A stretch of 64,000 nt of DNA from an uncultured Lentisphaerales bacterium (lineage in GTDB: Bacteria > Verrucomicrobiota > Lentisphaeria > JABSQK01 > UBA12247). Numbering within the stretch: the first letter of the stretch is position 1; the number at the start of each line of letters is the position of its first letter. The stretch spans positions 63,769-127,768 of the forward strand of contig CALSSJ010000030.1 in assembly GCA_943788985.1 (NCBI GenBank), given 5' to 3'. The notes beneath the pieces are model-generated. The model had not been told where the DNA came from. It saw nothing but the letters and a program-made list of their open reading frames with translations, and did no database searches. Of this stretch, positions 43,803 through 52,465 are shown piece after piece. Position numbers and translations under genes: made by a program.

Positions 43803-45692
43803 CTACTGTTCAAGATCCAAGGTCTCGCCCTGACGAATCAGTCTGGCACTATTCAGCGCGACAACCATCGCCCCAAATACCTGAAGAATAGAGGCCAGCA
43901 TTGGCGAAAGACTGCCAGCTGCGCTCAACGCGACACCGACTAAAATAATCAGACTGCCCAACACGAAGTTTTGAATCACCGTGCGCTTCATAGTCCGGGA
44001 CAGTTGCAGCAGAAATGGCAGCCGGTTCAGCTTGCTGTTCATCAGCGCGATCGAGGCGCTGTCTAGAGCCACATCGCTACCCGCCGCGCCCATGGCGATG
44101 CCGATGTGGCTATTCACCAGTGCCGGTGCATCATTCACACCGTCTCCGACAAAAATCACGTGATAGCCCTCTTCCTTCGCCTTCTCCACGTACGTCACTT
44201 TATCGGCCGGTGTGCATTCTGATTTCCGCGCGCTCACTCCCAACTCATCGGCCACGGATTCTACTACCTGGCGGCGATCCCCAGAGACAATCGCGGTATG
44301 GCGGACGCCACTTTCATGCAGTTCTGCGATCACCGCCTTCGCCGTGGTCCGCACCGTATCCGCCACGGCAATCCAGCCCAAGGCCTTGCCATCTTCTGCC
44401 AGAAACAGGATACTAGCCCCCATTTCGTTCACCTCAGCCATGCGGGGGAACTGCTCCGCCAAGACCTTGTTGTCCACCATCCACGCCAGGTTGCCGGCGA
44501 TAATCGTACGCCCACCTACGGTGGCCTTCACGCCACGGCCTGGCTCTTCGTGCAACTGGTCTGGATGGACAGGCTCAAGGTTCACCTTTTTTGCCAGCCG
44601 CATCACAGCCTGCGCGACAGGATGATTACTTGCAGACTCCGCTATCACCGCCGCACGCATCAACCCGGTCGTATCGATGCCCTCAACCGGCGCCAGCTTC
44701 GACACCTCCAAGTCTCCGGTCGTCAGCGTACCGGTCTTATCGAACACCATCGCATCCATCCGCGTAAGCGCTTCCAAATCCCCTATATCCTTGAACAACA
44801 CGCCTACGCGCGCCGCCGCTGACAGCGCTGCAACCACCGAAGCTGGCGTTGCCAGAATGATCGCGATCGGGCAGGTCACGACCAACAGCGCGACCACCCG
44901 CTCGAGGCTATCTTCCGCGCCACGGGTAAAGAACAGCACGGTCCCAGCCACCACTAAGACAAACGGCGTGTAGTACGCCACGTATTGGTCCACTACCCGG
45001 GAAAATGACAGCCGACTCTCGTGCGCACGCTCGATCAACTCCCGCACTTTGCCGATCGTCGTATCCTTCCCAGCGCGGGTAATCTCCACTTCCAACGCCC
45101 CTGAGAGGTTGGTCGTCCCGGCAAAGACTTCCGCGTCCGGGTTCTTATCAATCGGCAGCGATTCACCCGTAACATTCGCCTCGTCCACCGAACTTCGCCC
45201 CTTCCGGACGATGCCGTCGGCCATAATGTTCTCGCCCGGCAAAATGCGCATCCGGTCCCCAGGTGCGACTTCAGTGCTCTCGCACATCACCGTCGTCCCG
45301 TCGCTCGCCAGCTTGCGAATCTTCCCAGGCGTAATCTTGGCCAGGGCTTCCAACGAAGCCTGCGCGCCGCTGGCCGTCCGTTGCTCGATCATCATTGCCA
45401 GCAGCATGAACAGCGCGATCAAGGCTGACGTCTGAAAGTCGCCCTGCAGGCAACTTGCGAACACTGCAACGATCGCCAGCTCATGCATCCTCATGCGCCG
45501 TTGGCGCAGGTCAGCAAGCAAAATCCGCATCATCGGTACCAGCACCAGAATCACGGCAATCAGCGCTGATACCGAGGCCACGAATCCGCCATCACTCACC
45601 AAGCGGCCAGCGATGAACGCATTGACCGTAAACAGCAGGCCGCCAGCCGCCCAGCGCGCCATCGACATCATTTCAGAATCGCGCTCACTCAT
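43803..45692 (-). CDS. P1B-type ATPase with an atypical CPI motif
   Basis: TGES, DKTGTLT, ES.SNHP, GDGVNDAPAL; TM motif VVTCPIAIILATP; no N-terminal metal-binding domain. Confidence 0.9.
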   Translation of the reverse strand: MSERDSEMMSMARWAAGGLLFTVNAFIAGRLVSDGGFVASVSALIAVILVLVPMMRILLADLRQRRMRMHELAIVAVFASCLQGDFQTSALIALFMLLAMMIEQRTASGAQASLEALAKITPGKIRKLASDGTTVMCESTEVAPGDRMRILPGENIMADGIVRKGRSSVDEANVTGESLPIDKNPDAEVFAGTTNLSGALEVEITRAGKDTTIGKVRELIERAHESRLSFSRVVDQYVAYYTPFVLVVAGTVLFFTRGAEDSLERVVALLVVTCPIAIILATPASVVAALSAAARVGVLFKDIGDLEALTRMDAMVFDKTGTLTTGDLEVSKLAPVEGIDTTGLMRAAVIAESASNHPVAQAVMRLAKKVNLEPVHPDQLHEEPGRGVKATVGGRTIIAGNLAWMVDNKVLAEQFPRMAEVNEMGASILFLAEDGKALGWIAVADTVRTTAKAVIAELHESGVRHTAIVSGDRRQVVESVADELGVSARKSECTPADKVTYVEKAKEEGYHVIFVGDGVNDAPALVNSHIGIAMGAAGSDVALDSASIALMNSKLNRLPFLLQLSRTMKRTVIQNFVLGSLIILVGVALSAAGSLSPMLASILQVFGAMVVALNSARLIRQGETLDLEQ

Positions 45693-46702
45693 GGCTGCAC
45701 CAGCGATTTCTTGGTTTGTCGTGGCACCGACAGGCGAAGCTCCTGATTCTCACCGCCGTCCAGCAGGAAGATCTCATCGGCATTGCTCAACGCCGTCCGC
45801 ATCCGGTCCAGATACAGCGTCTGGCGAATCACTTCCGGATTCTGCTGGTACAGCTCATGGAGTTTTGCAAAGTTCGCTGCGTCTGCACGCACGCGGCTTT
45901 CTTTCCGCGTGGCCCAGGTTTCGGCAGCCGAGACGATCTGCTTTTGTGCACTTTCGGCCTCGCTTACCATGCGCCCTTGCACACTCTCGGCTTCCGCCTT
46001 CAGCCGGCCAGCTTCGTTCCGCGCCGCCCCAACCTCGGCCAGCTGGGGTGCCAGTTGTTTCGGCCAAGCAAGCGCGAGATCCACCGCATCGATGGTCACG
46101 CCAAGGCGCAGCGTGTTCACGCGCTCCTGCAAATGGCGCCGCACCTCTGCCCCTACTTCTGATTTGCGCGTCATCGCCTCAGCCAGCGGATAGCGTGAGA
46201 CCACGGCTACCAGCGCATTGTCGCACAGATTGTGCAGCACGCGATCCATCTCACGCGCTCGAAAGGCATACGGCACCAATTCCCCCACCTGATACCGCAC
46301 CACGGCCTTCGTGTGCAGAATTGCGGAGTCCGCAGAAACCAAATAACGATCGACCGTCGGGCGCATGCTCTCGCGCACAGCTGGCTGCGAACCGTCCGGA
46401 TTCGGCTTCAGATTGTGCCAAAATGTGGTCCGCTCGAAGCTACGCGGGCGTTTTGCGTCCAAGACCACCAACTCATCAATCGGCGAGGGCAACGCCAGGA
46501 CCAAACCTGGGTCCTTATGCATGTCCTGGACCGAGCCAAACCGCAACACAACGGCAGTCTCGAACTGCTCCAGACTGCGTACACCACTGACACAAAACGC
46601 CACGGCCAGCAGCACCATCAGCACCTTCATCAGGCGGACAACGGTACGCAAGCCATCTTCGACGGCGTCCAGCGCCCGGTTCTCGGATCCAGATTCGTTC
46701 AC
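45689..46702 (-). CDS. SPFH protein, HflK-like
   Basis: TM, then E.AVVLRFG, PG...LP.PIDE, coiled-coil AE repeats, YQQNPEV.RQ.LYLD. Confidence 0.85.
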   Translation of the reverse strand: MNESGSENRALDAVEDGLRTVVRLMKVLMVLLAVAFCVSGVRSLEQFETAVVLRFGSVQDMHKDPGLVLALPSPIDELVVLDAKRPRSFERTTFWHNLKPNPDGSQPAVRESMRPTVDRYLVSADSAILHTKAVVRYQVGELVPYAFRAREMDRVLHNLCDNALVAVVSRYPLAEAMTRKSEVGAEVRRHLQERVNTLRLGVTIDAVDLALAWPKQLAPQLAEVGAARNEAGRLKAEAESVQGRMVSEAESAQKQIVSAAETWATRKESRVRADAANFAKLHELYQQNPEVIRQTLYLDRMRTALSNADEIFLLDGGENQELRLSVPRQTKKSLVQP

Positions 46703-47592
46703 GGGCGGGCGGTCTGCTTCATCGGCTTGAGTTCCAGCAAGTCAAACGGCGGCGTATCTGGGTCCAGCACGATCGTCGTCTTCGTGCTCATCATTTCCAC
46801 CAGCGCGTCCATCTTGCGCAGGAAGATCGCAAATTCCAGGTCTTCCTCGAAGGCCGGATACAGGCTGGCCGCTGCGATCACCGCATTGCCACGAATCTCC
46901 TTCGCCTCGGCCTCCGCCAAGGCCAACTTTTGCGCCTTCTGGCTGGCCGCGTTGTCGCGCATGATCTTCGCTTCCTTCTCCCCCTCGGCGCGGATCGCAT
47001 GCGCTAGCGTTTGCTGCTCTTGACGCATGCGGGCAAAGACCCCAGCGGTGCTATCCTCGGAGAGGCTGACCTCTTGTAGGCCGACCAATGAGACGGTGAT
47101 ACCGTATGCTGCGACGGCCTTCTGGGTCGCCTCCAGCATGGCAGCTTCGATCTCCTTCGCGTCCGTCAGTAACTCGGTAAGTGTGTACTGCCGGATCGAA
47201 GTTTCCTGCTGCGCCTCGATCAGCGGTCGCATCTGCGCTTCGGCTTCGAGCAAAGTTCCGTAGCGGTTGAAGAACGCCTGCGGATCGGCCACGGACCAGA
47301 GCGCGAAGAAGCGGCTGACCACATTGATGCTGTCTTTGGTATTGATTTCCTTGGCCGTCAGCTCGAGGCATTGCAGACGCTTGTCCAGCCGAGTGACTTG
47401 CTGCACAGGCCACGGCAGGCGCACGTGCAATCCTGGCTTCGTCACCACCTTGGGCTTTCCGAGCGTAGTCACAATAGCCACATGGGTCACGCGGAGTTGG
47501 TAGAGGCAAAGTACACCAGCCATCACCAGCAGGATTACCCCCGCGATGATCATCGGTGCCTTTCCGGCCTTGGGTTCGCTATCTTCTGTCAT
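46699..47592 (-). CDS. SPFH protein, HflC-like
   Basis: TM, then AIVT.LGKP...PGLH.RLPWPVQ, DKR, T.D..NV, VFARM..E, RAEGE.EA..+R. Confidence 0.88.
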   Translation of the reverse strand: MTEDSEPKAGKAPMIIAGVILLVMAGVLCLYQLRVTHVAIVTTLGKPKVVTKPGLHVRLPWPVQQVTRLDKRLQCLELTAKEINTKDSINVVSRFFALWSVADPQAFFNRYGTLLEAEAQMRPLIEAQQETSIRQYTLTELLTDAKEIEAAMLEATQKAVAAYGITVSLVGLQEVSLSEDSTAGVFARMRQEQQTLAHAIRAEGEKEAKIMRDNAASQKAQKLALAEAEAKEIRGNAVIAAASLYPAFEEDLEFAIFLRKMDALVEMMSTKTTIVLDPDTPPFDLLELKPMKQTARP

Positions 47593-47596
47593 TCTT

Positions 47597-49426
47597 CTAA
47601 TCCTCCAATGGTCCCAATAAATCGGTCTGCTGCTTCAAATCCAAGCTGATCACCTCGCGCATCGAGCGCTTCGCCAGCACCACCTTGTTCACATCCGCCA
47701 GCCACGTTTCCAGCAAGGCCATGTGCTCACGCGTTGTGTACAGCTCCGGATGCGCCCGGTACACGGCCAGTTGGCGACGAAAGTTCGCCACTTCCACCTC
47801 TGCCAACTTGCGGGTGCGAATCGTCTCGGCCGTCGCCTCAGCCACCATTTGGTTGGCCTCAGACTCAGCGGTTGCTTCGTACTCTGACGTCACTTGTCGT
47901 GCCTCGGCAATCGCCTCACGCGCCTTCTGCCCAGCCCGCAGTACGCCGTCAAAGGCGCTAGCGACGGCGGCAGGTGGTTGCAAGCGGCGAATCGCTACCC
48001 AGTCCACGGCCACGCCAGTTCCCATCGCTTCGCCCTCTTGGTTCATCGCCGCCACCAGCGCAGCTTGCGAACTCCGCAAATCAGCGGACAGCAGGTCGAC
48101 GATCTCATGCTCCAGCAGGAAATGGGTCAGAGCGCGTTCGGCCAAGGCACGTTGCACGCGCTCGGGCTCGCTGCAGGCCAAAGGCGTCTGGGTCGAAAGC
48201 GAGACCGCCAGCGAGACAGTTGCCAGGTTTGCGGAGTTCGCATCACGTGAGCGGCAAAGCGCCAGGCGCTGCCTGCTATCTCCCCACAGCGTCACCCCCT
48301 CGACCGCCTCGATGGCTGGCAGCGCCCTGCCCCCTTCGTTCCCAATCTCTACGATCGAGGCACGGGCCACCGGCACGCGCGTCACCCGCGTCATCGGCCA
48401 GGGCAGGCAGACGTGCAGGCCAGGCTCCAACTCGGCGATCTCGTCCGAGCCCCAGCGCTCGGCCAACCCTTTCTCAAAGGTCTGCACATGCACCAGCGAC
48501 GTCAGCAGCATCAGCGCCATGACCTGCACGGCCAGAAATGGCAGCAGCCGACGTTGGCCAAAAATCAGCAACGCAGTCGTGGACAACTTAAAGCCAAACT
48601 GATACTCGACAATCTCGGCCAGGGTCGCCATTGGCCCATGGGGCTGACTGAACAGGCCCAGCAGACGACTTTCATAGACCGGCCGCGACGTCTCGTTGCT
48701 GCGCTTTGGCCGATACAACTCGACCACCCAAACCAGGATCCGTTCTACAGCCAACACCAGTGCCAACCAGCAGGTAAGCCGCGCCCAATACACGGCCCAA
48801 ACGGGGTAGCCAGAATACACCAGCGCAGCCACGACTGCGGTGCCCACCGCGACCCCGGCCATGCCCAGAGCCACTGCGGCCACCGGGCGCAAAAATACCT
48901 GCTCGTTGCCATACGCCGCACCGACGCAGTACTTGCCGACGAAGAACACGAGTAGCGCCAACGCCACACAGGTCGCCGCGACCGGCAGCACCGCCCCTAG
49001 GTTCGCATCCCGCAAGGCCAGCATTTCCACCGGCTTCACACCGCGCAGCACGAAAACTGCCAGCACCACTTCCAAGGCCGAAAAGCCAAGCAGAATCACC
49101 GGAATCACGCCCTTCTCGAACTGTGACAGCGCCCGTTGCCGGCGTTGCCCAGCATCGATTCCTTCGCCGAACATATCGTCCTGCTTGGGCGCACCGTCAG
49201 CCTCCGCCCGTTCGTCTGCCGCCAGCACCGCTGTATGGGCATGAAACCCGGACAGCAGCGCCGTCAACCCGGCTAGAATCAGCAGGTTAGCCGTTTGCAG
49301 CACGAACGCATTCGGCAGCTCGGCCAACATCTGAAAGGCCATCACATACAGCGTCAGCGCCGCAACCAGGCAGATCCCGCTGACGACAAAAGCCATTTTT
49401 GCCTGACCGCGTGCGACTTGCTTCAC
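47597..49426 (-). CDS. Polytopic membrane protein fused to an HflK-like SPFH domain
   Basis: About seven TM segments, then ERWG...LEPGLH..LPWP, PP.AVA.AF..V..A and YRAHPE. GTG at 49426 with a GGAGG SD and GTGA overlap. Confidence 0.8.
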   Translation of the reverse strand: MKQVARGQAKMAFVVSGICLVAALTLYVMAFQMLAELPNAFVLQTANLLILAGLTALLSGFHAHTAVLAADERAEADGAPKQDDMFGEGIDAGQRRQRALSQFEKGVIPVILLGFSALEVVLAVFVLRGVKPVEMLALRDANLGAVLPVAATCVALALLVFFVGKYCVGAAYGNEQVFLRPVAAVALGMAGVAVGTAVVAALVYSGYPVWAVYWARLTCWLALVLAVERILVWVVELYRPKRSNETSRPVYESRLLGLFSQPHGPMATLAEIVEYQFGFKLSTTALLIFGQRRLLPFLAVQVMALMLLTSLVHVQTFEKGLAERWGSDEIAELEPGLHVCLPWPMTRVTRVPVARASIVEIGNEGGRALPAIEAVEGVTLWGDSRQRLALCRSRDANSANLATVSLAVSLSTQTPLACSEPERVQRALAERALTHFLLEHEIVDLLSADLRSSQAALVAAMNQEGEAMGTGVAVDWVAIRRLQPPAAVASAFDGVLRAGQKAREAIAEARQVTSEYEATAESEANQMVAEATAETIRTRKLAEVEVANFRRQLAVYRAHPELYTTREHMALLETWLADVNKVVLAKRSMREVISLDLKQQTDLLGPLED

Positions 49427-50391
49427 CCTTGGACCTCCTGCCGCTCGTACAGCAGGGTGGCCAGGGGTAGGCACAACAGCATAAAGAACAACACGCGCAG
49501 CACGCAATCAACCACAAAAGCGCCGGTAATCATGCCGCCATCCGCTAGAAAATCAGTCAGCCAGAACAGCTGCCAATCCGGCAGCACCCCGCCGATCACC
49601 ATGCCAGCGGTACCGCTCAGATCAGCAGTCACCGATGCATTCGTGATCAACCCCAGAAAAAACACAGCCAGCCCACAGCCGAACACCACGGGAGAGTCCC
49701 AAAGCACCGCGACCGGCAGTAGAATGGCCAGAAAAATAAGCATCGCCGGCACCAGGAACACCCCGCTCTGAACGCCGGTCATGTCCGTATGGCTCCCCAA
49801 TAAGGTGCGAATCACCGCCCCCAGCAACACAGCGACTGCGATTGCGAAGTTCGCAGGGAGCACGAAACTGCCGCCGAATACGCCCTGCCAGATAGCAGCG
49901 CCGATCAGGACCAGCAGAACCAGCCCAGGCAGCATCAACAGCGCCAGTTGGTCAATCTCCCCGGTCTCCGTCGCCACTTGTGAAACCCAGGCAAATCCCG
50001 ATTGCCCGGTCACGCAGAATAGCAGCAGACAGATCGCGCAACCCGTCCACTTTCCTGTGATCAGCACAAACGGAAGAATCGGCCGACTCCGCAATTCCGG
50101 TGCCGCCCCCCGGCGTAATTCATCAGTCACCGCCCGAATCAATAAGAAGCACCCGCCAAGGCAGCCGAGGATAAAGATCAGAGATTGGCATTGATCGCGT
50201 AGCAACCGCGTGTGCTCGCCATAGGTAAATCCCGGCATCTCCCCGAGCAGAACCAGCAAGGTGATCAGGCCAAGGTGCAAGACAAGGAAGAACGGGTCCG
50301 CCAAAAGCTGGCGAACCGTGTTCTTAGTCACGGATATGGATTGTTTCACTATCATATGCACTCGTGCACTACCATAGTCATTCGCAGTCAC
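49423..50391 (-). CDS. ABC-2-type permease-like membrane protein
   Basis: Multiple TM segments; +KNT.R at the start and DE+.RG....+.SRP+.....+.GKW.G motif. Confidence 0.7.
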   Translation of the reverse strand: MTANDYGSARVHMIVKQSISVTKNTVRQLLADPFFLVLHLGLITLLVLLGEMPGFTYGEHTRLLRDQCQSLIFILGCLGGCFLLIRAVTDELRRGAAPELRSRPILPFVLITGKWTGCAICLLLFCVTGQSGFAWVSQVATETGEIDQLALLMLPGLVLLVLIGAAIWQGVFGGSFVLPANFAIAVAVLLGAVIRTLLGSHTDMTGVQSGVFLVPAMLIFLAILLPVAVLWDSPVVFGCGLAVFFLGLITNASVTADLSGTAGMVIGGVLPDWQLFWLTDFLADGGMITGAFVVDCVLRVLFFMLLCLPLATLLYERQEVQG

Positions 50392-50477
50392 GGATCAAGC
50401 GGCCTTAGGGGTAGCCTGTACCTATACCGCCAAATCCGCGATTTGCAGCGCGCCCTCGCGCGAGCGCTCGAGGTCAA

Positions 50478-51551
50478 TCAATAACGCACCGAGATGTTGA
50501 AGCCGAAGATGTCCAAAACGTCCTGCTTGTAACCGCCCGTCATGGTGGCATTGAAGGCCGTGTTGGAGGTGTTGGTCGCGAACAAGTTGTACTCGGCCAC
50601 GAAGTGCCCGTAGTGCAGTTTTAGCAACCGCGCGCCCACCGCCAAAGATGGCCCTTCGCCCGTGTCGTAGCCATCCACAGGCGCGACGGCTTCGGCGAAC
50701 AGCTGAAACTGCGGCGTAATCGCCAGACGCAGCGTCAGCGGGATTGCGACCGTATGATCCTCCCCATCGCTGCGAGAGCCCACCGAGTCGGGCTCATTCG
50801 GATGGCGCTTCGGCAATGCGGTGTTCGCATGCGGGCTCACCGTCGACTGGAAGTCAGACCGCGAGGCAAACAGCAGCCCGCTGCCCAGATAGACGCGCTG
50901 GCCCCAAAAGGACCGCTCAGCGATCATGCCAAGATCCAAAGACAGGCTCGTCGATTCATCATCCTCAAGCATGATCGATGTTCCCGCTAACAGCGACAGG
51001 TTAAAGCCATGCTCATGCTCTTGTCGCAGCTGATATTTCCCCAAGATATCATACGTGTCATAGCTGCTGACATCGGGGACATCGACCAGGAATCCGCCAA
51101 AATCCTCGGTCCGCGTGCCGGTGGTGATGTCCCGTCCGACACTCCGCTGGCCAAAGATCTCGAAGCGATCGGTCAGGCCGTAGCCTGCACCCAGGCCAAT
51201 GCGCACTTCATTATCGAGGCCCAACGCATTGTGCAAGGGTTCCGTTTCCGTGCGATTGCCGTTTGCCTTCGCCTGGACAGAGTCTTTAGAGATGTGGATG
51301 ATGCGCCCGTAGACTTTCTTCTTCGGGACGGTCACCGCAGACGGATAGAGCATATGCATGGAGCTAGACCAAGTCAGCGAACGGTCCGGTTTCGCCGAAA
51401 TAGATGCGGCCTCACTCGGATCTCCGCCCAGAGATCTGACCAGCGATTGCAACCGCAGAATCTCGGCCCGGGCTACCTCAAGCTCTGCGGCCTGATCGGC
51501 GCACAGGGCCAAGGTTGCGAATATCGCAACGCCGATCGCCAAGCGCCGCAT
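50478..51551 (-). CDS. Outer-membrane beta-barrel, DUF5777-like
   Basis: Signal peptide, short coiled coil, LGLD...RIGL..GYGLTD, amphipathic strands, FATN, terminal FGFNISVRY; ATG at 51551. Confidence 0.65.
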   Translation of the reverse strand: MRRLAIGVAIFATLALCADQAAELEVARAEILRLQSLVRSLGGDPSEAASISAKPDRSLTWSSSMHMLYPSAVTVPKKKVYGRIIHISKDSVQAKANGNRTETEPLHNALGLDNEVRIGLGAGYGLTDRFEIFGQRSVGRDITTGTRTEDFGGFLVDVPDVSSYDTYDILGKYQLRQEHEHGFNLSLLAGTSIMLEDDESTSLSLDLGMIAERSFWGQRVYLGSGLLFASRSDFQSTVSPHANTALPKRHPNEPDSVGSRSDGEDHTVAIPLTLRLAITPQFQLFAEAVAPVDGYDTGEGPSLAVGARLLKLHYGHFVAEYNLFATNTSNTAFNATMTGGYKQDVLDIFGFNISVRY

Positions 51552-51553
51552 TT

Positions 51554-52465
51554 TTATAACCGCCAGCCGCGATTCTCGAGCCAACGCCCGAAGTGCCAGA
51601 GGTTCGACGCATCACGCTTGAACGGATTGACACTTGTGTAAAAACGAGTGCCAGTGGCAACCTCATCGCCAAGTGCCTTGTCACGGCCGATATACGGCTC
51701 CGTCCACCAGCCCATCAGCGCCTGCTCCCACGGCTTGAGCGAGCCACGGACGTAGCCCTGCCGATCGCCATCATCCTCGCCATGGAACATGCTAACAGTG
51801 CCATCTTCGACCGGCAAATACAGCAGATCGTTCATCGGTAGCAGCCGCGTGGTGTCCCAACCGGATTGGGTATTGGTGATGGACTGCACGCGATGACTGT
51901 CCGCCTTCAGCTCGATCTCGGGCCGCCAGCGATGCAGATCCAGGCCACTCATTTCCAGCAGGCCCGTGAGCTGCTCGCCATAGACATCCTGCTCTGCCGG
52001 ACACCATTCCGCGGGCAGACACTCGGCAGGCAGATACGACGTGGGCACGATCGCCGCGTAGCAGCCGCAGGTGTGCACCGTCGTAATCAGTACCGGCGCG
52101 TTTGTTTCATTCTCGGTCACGATCACGAACAGCCCGACGTTCTTGCCCATCGCCAAGTGGCCCACAGGGACCTTCTCGAAGTGCAGCCGATAGATGTGAT
52201 TGCGATAGCTCCCACGTTCGGTTGCGAACTCCGCAACTTCGTGGTACATGGCCGGCCGAGTCGGGTCTACAGAGACCGTCGAATCTGCGGTGTGCCCGCA
52301 AGCGCGGACGGTGCCGAGCTTGTTCAGCGACTTTTGGGTACCGTTCGCGATCACCACCGGAGAGAACTTCCCTTTTGGCGCCGCATAGCGGGTTTGCTGC
52401 GATACTGGGGTGCGGCAGCTCGTACACAAAGCTACGGTCAAAAAAACAAGAAGCAAAGACTTCAT
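51554..52465 (-). CDS. Hypothetical lipoprotein
   Basis: Lipobox-like LCTSC; conserved-looking VHTCGCY. Confidence 0.65.
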   Translation of the reverse strand: MKSLLLVFLTVALCTSCRTPVSQQTRYAAPKGKFSPVVIANGTQKSLNKLGTVRACGHTADSTVSVDPTRPAMYHEVAEFATERGSYRNHIYRLHFEKVPVGHLAMGKNVGLFVIVTENETNAPVLITTVHTCGCYAAIVPTSYLPAECLPAEWCPAEQDVYGEQLTGLLEMSGLDLHRWRPEIELKADSHRVQSITNTQSGWDTTRLLPMNDLLYLPVEDGTVSMFHGEDDGDRQGYVRGSLKPWEQALMGWWTEPYIGRDKALGDEVATGTRFYTSVNPFKRDASNLWHFGRWLENRGWRL

